A DNA stretch of 64,000 nt from Macrostomum hystrix (lineage: Eukaryota > Animalia > Platyhelminthes), in contig CATNEN010000039.1 of assembly GCA_950097015.1 (NCBI GenBank), positions 1,550,001 through 1,614,000 of the forward strand, in the 5' to 3' direction. The notes beneath the pieces are model-generated. The model saw only the letters and a program-made list of their open reading frames with translations, had not been told where the DNA came from and did no database searches. Of the stretch, positions 1 through 12,374 are shown one piece after another (positions within the stretch are counted from its first letter, which is position 1; each line of letters begins with the position of its first letter). The translations under genes and the position numbers were made by a program.

Positions 1-63
1 CTTTTGAATTATACGAGCTATATTCCGAACTTGAGTGTTTTGAGGACTAAAAATCAATTTCTC

Positions 64-300
64 TCATCTTACAGAATTGCAGCGTTGGCACTTCGCCGCG
101 AATTTGAAGTCATACTGGCCGTGGTCGTAGCAGCCGGACCTCACCAGGTGAAATAAAGTCTTGTCCTCAGGATGTGGGCACTTCTCCAGCTGCGGATCGG
201 CCTCCGCAGTCGCGCTGCTCTGGTTCTGGTACTGCCGGTACATTGTCAGCCAGATGGCAGAATGAGTGGGGCTATTGGAACTCTGCACTCGAGTAGAGTG
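64..300 (-). CDS. Possible exon(s) of an unidentified gene running off the left edge
   Basis: GC3-rich open frame (..MYRQYQNQSSATAEADPQLEKCPHPEDKTLFHL..) with a CTG|GTGAGG donor-like site near 145. No recognisable domain. Confidence 0.25.
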   Translation of the reverse strand, partial: HSTRVQSSNSPTHSAIWLTMYRQYQNQSSATAEADPQLEKCPHPEDKTLFHLVRSGCYDHGQYDFKFAAKCQRCNSVR

Positions 301-1201
301 AGCAGGCTAACTCTGTGTCGCAGGACTGATGAATTTTAAGCTCACCTTCTTAATTGAGAACTGCGATCACCCACGGTGCAGCCTGTACTCAGGGTCAGTA
401 CCGTACTGTAAATTGTACGCTTTGTCCATGTTCTCAGCCAACAAGCAACAATCAGAGGGTTTGGGACTGCCCACCTTTCCCGTAGCCATGACAACGAGAG
501 TCCCAATAGTAATGACTATTAGCTGGCTCTCTGTACAAGAGTGAGTGGGGCGAAGGCCCTAGCTCTTACTTGTCAAGTGCATGCATTGCAAAGAAGGCAA
601 GGCTATTGTTTGGGGTTCTCTGCTTAGCTGCTGCTAGGGGTTTGAGCTCTCAGAGAGTAGAGGAGGCGGTAGAGTCGCGAGAGATAGATATAGCTGCAAA
701 AATATTGTGCAGGAAGCACAATTTTCGTTCCAAGTAATCATGCAAATGCAGGGTCGTTTATTTCACTCTGCAATACTAAACTACGATTATTCGTTTAATA
801 AAAAGTTAGTCGACTAGTAGTTTAAATTACCAAGTTATTAAATTTGGTTTATGAACTAGAGAACTTTCGTAGACAGCTTTCTAGACAGCTTTCGTATTCA
901 CATGGAATTTTGTTCGCTACACTGAATAGTGTAAAAAAAATTGTCATCAGATCGAGGCCTTAGATAAAGAATGAGCTCCTTATCTTACATCTTAGTTTTC
1001 TGCGGATTGTGACTGAGTTACACAAATTCTCAACAACTGATCACAATCAGTTATGGTAGTGTTTATTTACATTTAGAATACACTCAAGAAAGTTTCTAAA
1101 AATCATTTTGGGTGAGATTTAAATATCAAATAATCATGCGGACCGAGACCGTATAGAGCCAACTAAAACCTAAAGCAGTTTTGAGACTGGAAATTAACTG
1201 C

Positions 1202-1997
1202 TTGACTTAGCGGCAGGGAGCCTCCATGACTGACGCAGCGAGGAGGCGGCCGGTGCCGCCCATATCGCTAACCCCTGGCAGCCGGACGGCCTCCAGCGAG
1301 GCGGTGCCGCTCAGGGTGGTCCGTCGGTCGGTTCCGCCGCGTGATCCTCCGCGCCATAGGCTGGGAAGAAATCAGCTCGGCCGGTATCGCGGAGGAAGTG
1401 GGCGAGCTGTGGAATGCTATCGGGCGAGCAGGCTTCGACTAGGGTCGGCACCGGCTCGAGATGTTTTAGCCTAGCCTGGGTGAAGGCCGGGCAGTGGCAG
1501 ATGAAATGCTCGGCGTTTTCACGTCCGGAGCAGCAGAAGGGACACGTTTCCTCAGGCACATGGCCTTGGAGGTAGCGGTGTCTGGTGAAGCAGCCATGTC
1601 CCGAGAGGGCCATGGTGACTGCTCTCAGCTAGGTCTCTGCGATTTAGCCTAAGCAAGGCTTTACGCAGGTTACTAGAGGGGGTTGGCACCGCAGCCCTGG
1701 ACTGGCGACAGTTCAGGCTGCAAGACCACCTCCTTCGGTGTTGGGTCTCCATCCAGCGGTTGATGTTGGAGTTTACCACAGAAATAGGGATCGGGGCCTC
1801 CGGGCCCGGGCCCATCAGGGAGCTGGCTGCTCCAGCCTTTGCAAGCTGGTCCGCCATCTCATTCCCTGTGAGCCCGGCGTGCCCAGGGATCCACATCAGC
1901 TCCACCTTGTTCGACTGTGCCAATCCGTTCAACTGGGTGTGGCTGTCTAAGGTGGTTCTGGAACGAGAGGGGCAGCGGCTGAGAGCCTTGAGAGCTG
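1202..1997 (-). mobile_element. 5'-truncated non-LTR retrotransposon (RNase H-bearing, I/LOA-like): RNase H C-terminal half, Cys/His finger and 3' UTR
   Basis: Minus-strand translation AALKAL...VELMWIPGHAGLTGNEMADQLAKAGA (RNase H), then after a frameshift near 1615-1625 CPFC...ENAEHFICHCP. Bounded by a perfect 15-bp direct repeat CTGGAAATTAACTGC at 1187-1201 and 1998-2012 (TSD). Confidence 0.9.
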
Positions 1998-3159
1998 CTG
2001 GAAATTAACTGCGCTAAGATAAACAAAAATGAAGATAGAAACATGATCCAGATTACAGCAAACATTTGAATAAATGTCATCTGCTGCGATCATCATGCAC
2101 ACTAAACTGGTAATATCTGTCACGGTCGCAATGCTAAGGCCTGCTGAGTGCAGAATTAAATTGGGAAGAATTTATATATTGAACGTTTTCTTTTAAGCCC
2201 AAGATCCATGAGCAGAATTTGTGGTGCATTGATCATTGATTGTGATTTTTGTCGCCTGAATGTAAGCGATGTGATGGCGACACATTCGATTTTGTTGATT
2301 TTTCCGAAGCTAATTTTGTGCAATAATACTCAAAGACCACTATTAGGATTAGCTAGATTAAGGGTCTAATTTTACTGTTTGCTATATAACATGTATGGAA
2401 CTTATAACCAAGCAGAGACCAAGGACCACTAGGAGTAGACTCCTACTAGACTAAAGACTAACTAGACTAACTCCTCTTGACTAACACGAGTCAAAAAGGT
2501 ATAATATTCTGTTCGCGAAATTTAGCAAAATGCAATATCCGAATCAATAAAGCGTTTTTTATATCCGCTCAGGGTAAGTAAAAAACTCGTATTTAAATAC
2601 TCGGAAGCTATAGTAAAGAAACTACTGCAAATAACATGAACTTAGCCAATTTTGTTGGTAGATAGAATCGAAATACCCACGTTATCTAATTTCAATCAAG
2701 TTTCAATAAGTTAAGACCTAGGATATATGAGTGAAATGAGTAAAAAATGTAAAAAAATACAAAAAAAGATGACACATTTATAGAAAGATCAATGCACTAA
2801 GAAATTATATTTATACTTTTGTTTTACAATAAATGCGTTTCAGCATAATTTTTAAATCAAAATTTATTTAGTCAGTAAAGTTGCTGATAATTTTAGTAGT
2901 AATGTTAGTAATGTTACTTAGTAATGTTACTGATTTTCTTGTTCAGTTCAGCCTTCAACAGTATACACACATTTAAATCTCACTCACGCTGACAAACGCA
3001 GTTGAAATCTAAAGTAGATTAATGTAAATGATTCGCCAATCATAGATTACACGATCCCGGCTAGAACGCAGTCGCAGTGCTTTTTACTTTACTATTATTT
3101 CACTTTGCATGGCATTTTAAATTTAACATTATTAAGGTTAAACACTAGAGAAATGGATA

Positions 3160-3554
3160 GGCAATCCTTCGGATTACCGTTCTAAATTATTTTGACCCCG
3201 TTTTCGAACTTTTTTGACTCCCGAGGCAACGAAAATGAGTTAGGCCTATAGAGGTTATTGAAGTACAAAAGCAGTTCAAGTGGGCCGATTGCAAAGCCAA
3301 ATTTCGAGCTATGCACGGGACCAGTGACACTTTGTTCATCACATACCTGCAGGAGTTCATGTGGCGCCGAGCTTTTCCCGACCGGCAATTCGGCAATATT
3401 CTCTACTAGATAACGCGCTACTACCCCGTGTAGTCCGAACTTGAACTGCTTTTGTACTTCTATAACCTCTATAACTCATTTTCGTTGCCTCGGGAGTCTA
3501 AAAAGTTCGAAAACGGGGTCAAAACAATTTAGAGCAGGAATCCAAAGGATTGCC
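3160..3554 (+). mobile_element. Non-autonomous Merlin/IS1595-family DNA transposon (deletion derivative)
   Basis: About 120-bp imperfect TIRs (GGCAATCC...GGATTGCC). Flanks AATGGATA/AATAGATG match at 6 of 8 positions (decayed 8-bp TSD). Interior 3281-3433 reads WADCKAKFRAMHGTSDTLFITYLQEFMWRRAFPDRQFGNILY*ITRYYPV*, matching the YLxEFxWR C-terminus of Merlin/ISXO2-like transposases. Confidence 0.8.
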
Positions 3555-3864
3555 AATAGATGCATTACACTGCTTTCACTGCAAAGTAATGTTTTCCATC
3601 TATTACTTCAATTAGAGTTGTAGGCCTATCTACTTTGCTTCATTTTTTACCCACTGACTCTCTGTTGTAGCTTAGCTAACTCACTATACCTGTCCTGTAA
3701 AATTTATGTAATGTAATTGGTAATACTAATACGTTTTCTTACAGTTTTTAATGAAATAATAATAATAACAAGTCTGACTTTTGATAGTTTTATAAACACA
3801 AAATGTTTTATTATCAATTATTAACTCCATAGGGGCCTAAGTTATTTATCATATTGTCAAGGTG

Positions 3865-4692
3865 GGTCCCAGGTCATTTCAGTGACAAGACATTTTAGGG
3901 ACAGTAATTTTGGTGACAACTCAAGTCATTTCAGTGACACAATTGGTCAGATTGGTGACAACTATTTTTCCACCTAAATATGCTAAAAAACTGCCTTCCA
4001 TTTGAACTATGCATACTTATAAAGTATTATTAAATAATGATGTAAGTATTAATCATATAAATATAAGTAAATTAATAAAAGGCTGCATTGCTCTGCTTAA
4101 GTCTGGGTTTTACTTTAAATGAGTTAAATGATTAAATTATTTAATGAGTAGTCAATAGTTTCAATAGTTATTCGTTTCTAATTGAATGTGTATAATAATC
4201 ATTTTTCAAGTTTTGGATTGACAAGGCAAGCACAGGCTTTGAGCAGCTGCTGGATTGTGTGACTTCCATCCTCAAATTCTGGCCAGTAGTAAAAAAGCCA
4301 TGACTGCACTGTTCTGTAAGCCAGCCATTGCTCTTGGCATAGCACTCCTCTGGACAGAAGGTGCACCTGAAGTGGGACAAGTGCCACTTCAACTGTTTGA
4401 ATCTTCTTGAGCTAATTTGCTATTTGTTCAAGTAGAAAGTATCCCAACTACTCAAAAGTACTATTGGAACGTAAAAAATGAAGATTTGCCATTGGCACCA
4501 CACATTGATTAAAACAAATTCGTAATTATTATTTAATAATCCTTTATAGGTGTGCATAGTTCACATGGAAGGCTGTTTTCTCAGCATATTTAGGTGCAAA
4601 ATAGTTGTCACTGAACTGACCAATTTTGTCGCTGAAACAACTTAAGTTGTCACCAAAATGACTGTCACCAAAATGTCTTGTCACCAAAATGA
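3865..4692 (-). mobile_element. Degenerate long-TIR element, probably a MULE/Mutator deletion derivative
   Basis: About 170-bp imperfect inverted repeats (approx. 3870-4040 and 4525-4692) with GGTGACA/TGTCACC subrepeats. TCAAGGTG occurs on both sides (3857-3864, 4693-4700). Internal frame 4199-4387 (VPLQVHLLS..YRTVQSWLFYYWPEFEDGSHTIQQLLKACA) resembles invertebrate MULE transposase C-termini as I recall them. Confidence 0.6.
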
Positions 4693-5759
4693 TCAAGGTG
4701 TCTAATTCCCATATATTTAAGTACTCATAAAAGCCTTTATGCCAAGCTTAAAGTAAATAAGATTGATCTTTAATAGGCCCCACGACTCTCACACTTAAGT
4801 TAAATTGGTTGATTTTATGGAATTTTCTCCCACAAATTGAGAGTTTCATGGTGTATTGGGTACAACGTGGGTATGTGCAAACCATTTACAATTGCACAAA
4901 AGCATGGCACATGATACATTGCAAAAAGTAGAGATGACAAACTATTTCTATGTTATGTATATAAATTTCTATATTTGCATTTTCCCTCAGAGCAAATCTT
5001 TTTTTGGTGCACAGAGTACTGGAAAAAATAGTTTCTTTCTGGCACACATTTTGCATCTTCTTGAGTGTGGCATGACTATACTAAAGTGTAATCCTGTTAA
5101 GTATTATCCCACAAATACAATATGCTATTTAAAACACCTGGTCTGATTTCCCATGTCTAGCTAAGTGAGGTACTTCTGTAATAGGGGCTATTCCACAGAA
5201 CATTAGAAGTGGTTGTAGATTTTTACTCAATGTATTTTTTATATTCCATCAGAATTCAGTTTTAGTCTTTTGATGCATAAATTTTACACATCATTTTTTA
5301 CTCTTTTCTTATTTCACATAATGTCATCTAGCTAGGCCCCTCTTGTTAACAATATTTTTTTAATTAGAAAATATTATAATTTGAAAGAATGTCAGATTTT
5401 TTTCTAGAGTAAAATAATTTATAATGATCTATATGCAATCTTTCTGTTACAATATTCAAGTGAACTCATTCATTGTATTTTTCCCAGAAAATTGGCTTAT
5501 AGCATATTGCATGATGTGAATAAATACTGTATGTTAGCAAGATGCAACTTCGTAGCTAAAAAGCCAGTCATCAGGGTACTATAAACCTCACTGAGCACAT
5601 ATTCAGTGTGCAACTCATGAATCTAAGTACTGAGCAGATGATGAATCTGGAATCAAAAGCTTAACTTAAGGTATCGTGCCTATTTATACCAAAATAATCT
5701 AACAACTAAAGCTAAAACTCGATCGTATAAGTTGCCATCCAATCAACAGTTTCAGCAGC

Positions 5760-8700
5760 ATGACGGCTGCCAATGGCGACCAGATGCTTGAGTTTGATCA
5801 CATCTTCCAGGAAATCCGTGGCATGATGTACCCCGGCAAGCTCCGCCTGCGCCAGGCAGACATCTTCTTCAAGAATGAGAAGACCGGCCGCATCGATCAC
5901 TACAGCTCATCCGATATTGAGCAGGTGCACTGGATCATTCGGGCCAGGGGCTTCTGTCTCAAATTCCTGCTAGGCGATCTCATCTATCGCTATGATGGAT
6001 TTAAGGAGGCCGACTACGACAAGCTGCACGCGTTTGCTAGGACGAATTGGCAGGTCGAGGTGAGGAAAGTTATTGATTTGATGTCCCCACGTCCCATGAT
6101 TCATCGTTGCGATTTGAGCTCCGCTGAATTTCGTGTCTAAAAGACTGCATTTTAAGTCCCTACAAATTGTTCAGCAACAAGAAAAGGACGCAAGAAACAA
6201 CGAAAATACTTAATGCCGGGGTGAGTTGCAGAGCGGTTAACACGTTTGCCTCTCGCACCAAGATGTACACACCTGTGTGAGTGTGTGTATGTATGTTCTG
6301 CAGAATCTGAGACAGCAGAATGATCATAACTGCCTCTCGCTGGCTGATAAAAATATTTCAGTTTTTATGCCAAATTGCGCATGTAACTATTCGAATTCTT
6401 CAACTATACTACTCGAAGCCCAGCAGTAGCACAACCATGCCGAATGAAAACTCATTTCATTACCGCACAGATCGAGAAGAAGGACCTGGCCTACAAAGGC
6501 TGGAACTGGGGCCAGTTGAACTTCGTGAAGAATGCCATGGAGCTGGAGGTGTCGGGCCAGACAGCCTTCGAGCTGCCGCTGAACAATGTGGCCAATGTCA
6601 GCACCGGCAAGCAGGAGGTGACGCTGGAGTTTCACCAGAATGACGACGCCGAGGTAAGAACTGGCTAATATAACCCTAGGCTAATTTTGTCCTTGCAATT
6701 TAGAGATCCCACCGACTTAGCGATTTCGATTATCGGATTAGTTTTCGAATTAGGCTTCTCAAACAGATTTTAGAATTTAAAATAAAAACTGTTGACTGTA
6801 GATAAGATTAATTAGAATTTTGAATCACTAAACTTGAATTTTTCAAATTGTACTTTTTGTGGGTTATTGGCTATTGGCTTTAACATGTTTCGATTCCCGC
6901 CTGCCCCAGGTGTGCCTGATGGAGATGCGATTTCACATTGGCGAGCGCAGCGAACTGCAGTGCGAGGAGGTGGCCAAGCGGGTCATGGACAAGGCTGACA
7001 TCATCCAGCTGACCGGCGATGCCCTATGCGAGTTCAAGGAGCTCTACTGTGTGCAGCCGCGCGGCCGCTACGACTTTCGCTTCTACCCGACCTTCCTGCA
7101 CATGCACGGCAAGACATTCGACTACAAGATCCCCATCAGCACCATCTACCGCATGTTCGTGCTGCCCCACGCTGATGGCAGGCAGAACTTCCTGGTGCTG
7201 GGCCTCGAGCCGCCCATCAAGCACGGCCAGACCCGCTACCACTTCCTCATTTTGCTGTTCGATGTGGACGTTGAGACCTCGGTTGAGCTGCGCTGCTCCG
7301 AGGAGGAGCTTCAGAGCAAATACGGTGGAAAACTGCAGAAGGAGATGTCAGGCAAGGAGTTCGAGGTGAGACATGCCGTCCTGCCGACTGGGAATCGGGT
7401 CTGCGCTTTGCAGTTGGGATCAGGACCAAGTCTAGTTTCTTGGAATGCAACCAGAGTGCCATCTGGTTTTGGGAATGGGATCAGAATCCCTCCAGTATTT
7501 GGGAATGGGATAGAATACCTCCAGTATTTGGGAATGGGATCAGAATCCCTCCAGTATTTGGGAATGGGATAGAATACCTCCAGTATTTGGGAATGGGATC
7601 AGAATCCCTCCAGTATTTGGGAATGGGATCAGAATCCCTCCAGTATTTGGGAATGGGATCAGAATCCCTCCAGTATTTGGGAATGGGATCAGAATACCTC
7701 CAGTATTTGGGAATGGGATCAGAATCCCTCCAGTATTTGGGAATGGGATCAGAATCCCTCCAGTATTTGGGAATGGGATCAGAATCCCTCCAGTATTTGG
7801 GAATGGGATCAGAATCCCTCCAGTATTTGGGAATGGGATCAGAATCCCTCCAGTATTTGGGAATGGGATCAGAATACCTCCAGTATTTGGGAATGGGATC
7901 AGAATCCCTCCAGTATTTGGGAATGGGATCAGAATACCCTCAGTGTTTGGGAAAGGGAACAGAATCCCTATTTTGTTCTGGTGATTGCGATAAGAATCGC
8001 GTTTCGTTTTTTTAGAAATGGTTCTTTAACCGAAAAATAAGGGAGCAATAATTGAGCGGAATAAATGTTCAACGAGTATGGGCAGTTTGGGATGTGAATC
8101 TGTGATGGCCACCCGAGCAATTGAGCAGGGAATTACGCACCTGCGCCCCGCCAGGTGATCTCCCGCCTTTGCCGAGTGCTGGTGAACCGCAAGATCACCG
8201 TGCCCGGCTCCTTCCGGTCCAAGTCAGGCGGGCACTACATCAGCTGCGGTTACAAGGCCAACACTGGCTTCCTCTACCCGCTGGACCGCGGCTTCATCTT
8301 CGTGCCCAAGCCGCCGATGCACGTCCGCTTCGAAGAGATCTCCTCCGTGCAGTTCAGCCGCGGCACCGCCTCGGTGCGCAGCTTCGACTTCGAGATCAAC
8401 ACCAAAGCCGGCGTTAATTACACTTTCAACAGCGTGGAGAAGGACGAGTACACTCACTTGTACAAGTTCGTGCAGGACAAACAGCTGCCGGTGAAGAACA
8501 TTGGCGAGGAGGACACCACTGGCAAGCTGGACGCCTGGGAGAGCAGCGAGGCAGAGTCCGATGGCGACGACGTGTATATGAAGCGGGTCAAGGCTGAGGG
8601 CAAGGTGAGAAAATTTCTAATATAACTATCCAATCCAATCTTAACTAGTTCGGATCCCATAGCGACAATCCTAGCTAGTTCAAATCCCATAGCGACAATC

Positions 8701-10530
8701 CTAGCTAGTTCAAATCCCACAGCGACAATACTAACTAGTTCAGATCCCACAGTGAAAATACTAACTAGTTCAGATCCCACAGCGACAATCCTAGCTAGTT
8801 CAGATCCCACAGCGACAATCCTAGCTAGTTCAGATCCCACAGCGACAATCCTAGCTAGTTCAGATCCCACAGCGACAATACTAACTAGTTCAGATCCCAC
8901 AGCGACAATACTAACTAGTTCAGATCCCACAGTGACAATCCTAGCTAGTTCGGATCCCATAGCGACAATCCTAGCTAGTTCAAATCCCACAGCGACAGTA
9001 CTAACTAGTTCAGATCCCACAGCGACAGTACTAACTAGTTCAGATCCCACAGCGACAATACTAACTAGTTCAGATCTCACAGTGACAATACTAACTAGTT
9101 CAGATCCCACAGTGACAATCCTAGCTAGTTCAGATCCCACAGCGACAATACTAACTAGTTCAGATCCCACAGTGACAATCCTAGCTAGTTCAGATCCCAC
9201 AGCGACAATACTAACTAGTTCAGATCCCACAGCGACAATACTAACTAGTTCAGATCCCACAGTGACAATCCTAGCTAGTTCAGATCCCACAGCGACAATA
9301 CTAACTAGTTCAGATCCCACAGTGACAATCCTAGCTAGTTCAGATCCCACAGCGACAATACTAACTAGTTCAGATCCCACAGCGACAATACTAACTAGTT
9401 CAGATCCCACAGTGACAATCCTAGCTAGTTCAGATCCCACAGCGACAATACTAACTAGTTCAGATCCCACAGTGACAATCCTAGCTAGTTCAGATCCCAC
9501 AGTGACAATACTAACTAGTTCAGATCCCATAGTAAAACTTAGGATTAATGAGGGGATTATTTAATGTATAAGTCAGAGGCACCACCTGACCAAGCTCCCA
9601 TCCTCGCCAAAAACCCCCCAGGAGCGCAGCGCGGCTGGTCACGACGGCGGCGGTTCCGGCGGCGGCGGCGCCTCTGGCGGGGGCGCCGAGTCGGATGACG
9701 ACTCCGAGGACGAGGACTTCCTCCCACCGGAGGCGTCCGGCTCCGAAGTGGAGGAAGAGTACGACACCGACGCTGACCCGTCCGAGTTCTCCTCGGACAC
9801 TGACTACAGCGACGAGGAGGCGCGCAAAAAGAAGAAGCGCCGGCTGGCCAAGACGGTGCCGGAGGAGGGCTTCGGCGACTACACGGAGAAGAAGAAGAAG
9901 AAGGCGAAGGAGAAGGAGGCGGCCAAGTCCAAGGTGTCGCGCAAGGACCGCAACGCGCCAAAGCGGCCAGCGTCGGCCTACTTTTTATTCCTGGAGGACG
10001 AGCGTCCGCGCATCAAGGCGGACCAGCCGGACCTGAAGGTCACGGAGATCGGCCGGGTGGCCGGCGAGCGCTGGGCCAAGCTGGACGAGGCCAAGAAGAA
10101 GGCCTACCAGGAGCGGGCCGAGGCTCTGAAGGTGAAGTACCAGGCGGACGTGGCCGAGTACCAGGCAAAGCTGGACAGCGGCGAGGTCAAGCCGGACATT
10201 CAGCAGAAGCCGCGCAAGGGCGGAGGCGGCAGCGGTGAGAAGTCCAGTGGAGGTGGCGACAAGGCGGCGGCCGGCGGCTCGGGCGCCAATTATAAATCGG
10301 CCGAGTTCATCAACGACAGCGACGTGTCCTCGGTGTCATCGTCTTCCTCGGAGGCCGAGGCTGACGAAGACGACGAAGAGGAGAAAGAGAAGTCGCCGCC
10401 GAAGAAGAAGAAGACGGAGGAGAAGGCCAAGCCGGCCGCCAAGAAGCAGGAGAAGCAGAAGAGCAAGAAGGGCAAGAAGGAGTCCAGCAGCGAGGAGGAG
10501 GAGAGCGATGCGGACAGCGAGGAGGAGTGA
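5760..10530 (+). CDS. SSRP1: FACT complex subunit SSRP1 (5 exons, 765 aa)
   Basis: Exons 5760-6059, 6471-6653, 6910-7365, 8155-8604, 9622-10530. All introns GT-AG and phase 0; total 2298 nt. Motifs KGWNWG, EMRFHI, PRGRYD..FLHMHGKTFDYKI, CGYKANTGFLYPL, acidic region, HMG box (KRPASAYFLF..ERWAKL) and YKSAEFI tail. Confidence 0.97.
7466..7960. repeat. 30-bp minisatellite in SSRP1 intron 3
   Basis: Unit CCAGTATTTGGGAATGGGATCAGAATCCCT, about 16 copies. Confidence 0.95.
8640..9532. repeat. 30-bp minisatellite in SSRP1 intron 4
   Basis: Unit CTA(A/G)CTAGTTCAGATCCCACAG(C/T)GACAAT(A/C), about 30 copies. Confidence 0.95.
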
Positions 10531-10663
10531 GCAGCTGCGCGCCGGCATCACAAGCAGTTCAATTATCATCATTACCATTTGATTTCCGCGAGTGAAACTC
10601 TATTTTTATACTCCTAGCCATCCGGTTCCTGCTACTGCATTGCTTACATGGCGTCTATTATGA

Positions 10664-10669
10664 AATAAA
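10664..10669 (+). terminator. Probable SSRP1 polyadenylation signal
   Basis: AATAAA about 135 nt after the stop codon. Confidence 0.55.
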
Positions 10670-10914
10670 CCTGCGCAAATTGTGCAAACAGTTGAACCTT
10701 GTGCAACCTGGCTGAATGTCGGCTGCATTTAAGCTCGTTATGATCGGCATTCAAATACATGAGCAATGTGCTCAGACTCGGCTTGTAACACTTTTCTTTG
10801 TTTGCGGTGAGATCTTGGACCTATCTCCTCGCTTCCCGTTTGTCCTCTCTTATCCCATAGCTTTCCCTTATTCCCTTCACCCCTTATCCCCTAGCTTCCC
10901 TTTATCCTTAAATC

Positions 10915-11612
10915 CCTTCCCCAATCCCTTAGCTACCGCTTATCCCCTAGCTTCCCCCAATCCCTTAGCTACCGCTTATCCCCTAGCTTCCCCCAATCCC
11001 TTAGCTACCGCTTATCCCCTAGCTTCCCCCAATCCCTTAGCTACCGCTTATCCCCTAGCTTCCCCCAATCCCTTAGCTACCGCTTATCCCCTAGCTTCCC
11101 CCAATCCCTTAGCTACCGCTTATCCCCTAGCTTCCCCAATCCCTTAGCTACCGCTTATCCCCTAGCTTCCCCCAATCCCTTAGCTACCGCTTATCCCCTA
11201 GCTTCCCCCAATCCCTTAGCTACCGCTTATCCCCTAGCTTCCCCAATCCCTTAGCTACCGATTATCCCTTAGCTTCCCCCAATCCCTTAGCTACCGCTTA
11301 TCCCCTAGCTTCCCCAATCCCTTAGCTACCGCTTATCCCCTAGCTTCCCCAATCCCTTAGCTACCGCTTATCCCCTAGCTTCCCCCAATCCCTTAGCTAC
11401 CGCTTATCCCCTAGCTTCCCCAATCCCTTAGCTACCGCTTATCCCCTAGCTTCCCCCAATCCCTTAGCTACCGCTTATCCCCTAGCTTCCCCCAATCCCT
11501 TAGCTACCGCTTATCCCCTAGCTTCCCCCAATCCCTTAGCTACCGCTTATCCCCTAGCTTCCCCAATCCCTTAGCCTTCCTTTATCCCTAGCTTCCCCCA
11601 ATCCCTTAGCTT
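10915..11612. repeat. About 36-bp minisatellite
   Basis: Unit ATCCCTTAGCTACCGCTTATCCCCTAGCTTCCCCCA with a variable C-run, about 19 copies. Confidence 0.95.
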
Positions 11613-12374
11613 CCCATATCTTCCTCTATCCCTTTTCTAAAATCCTCCTCCATTTTCCATATTTTTTCATATCTTGGATGGATCTCTTCTACTCTATCCC
11701 TTTTTCCACGGCTTCCTCTCTTTTCTTTATTAGCTAGATCACGCTGTCTACTGACTTATCCCATGTTATTACTAGAAGGATTCCCCTCAGCATTGTTTGC
11801 ATGATAATTTGGCTCAAGTGCTCAAGAATTTTCGCTGACAGCCGCTGAACTCCCAGCCAAGAAACAAGCTGGATTGATAGCCAGATTCCGGCTAAAGAAA
11901 ACAGGCCGCGGTCGCCTGCGTCCAATAGTTTACGCATTCAGACGCCCACCCCACTCCACGGGGCTGTCCAGTTTTTACAGTTAGGGAGTTGTACCGGCCG
12001 CATGCATCAGCTGCCCGGCTCTTCAAGTCACCTGGAAGGTTCGCGTATTGGAGTGTGTGTGTGCGTGTGTGTGTGTGTGTTGACCAATCGAACACAGCTG
12101 CTAAGAGCTGGAAGACTTAGGCCCATCGCTTCGTAGATGAATTTCGTCCATATGGTCGCGTGATTCTTTTGCTTCCCTCCATAATCTGCTCCGGATTAAG
12201 ATAAGAAAACTTGTACCGCTGCGTTGTGCTATTGTGCCGTCTGAATTAGTTAGCGACATACACCTGGCTGGGAACCGACTGCTTGCCGAACTGTGACTCC
12301 TTTACCCAGGTATTTTAAGGTATTAATTTGCGCTTTTAAATGCTGTACACCCTTCTGCTTCTGTATTGTACACA

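Noticed and set aside
482-495. GTAGCCATGACAAC, a match to the RFX X-box consensus GTHNYYATRRNAAC
   Set aside because: Single degenerate match that may lie inside a small minus-strand exon. No identifiable ciliary gene or TSS nearby.
6214-6265. tRNA-like A-box sequence in SSRP1 intron 1
   Set aside because: No B-box or cloverleaf; at most a SINE scrap.
7440-9564. Long repetitive ORFs inside SSRP1 (ESLQYLGMGS.., TSSDPTATIL..)
   Set aside because: They are translations of 30-bp intronic minisatellites. SSRP1 splices cleanly around them.
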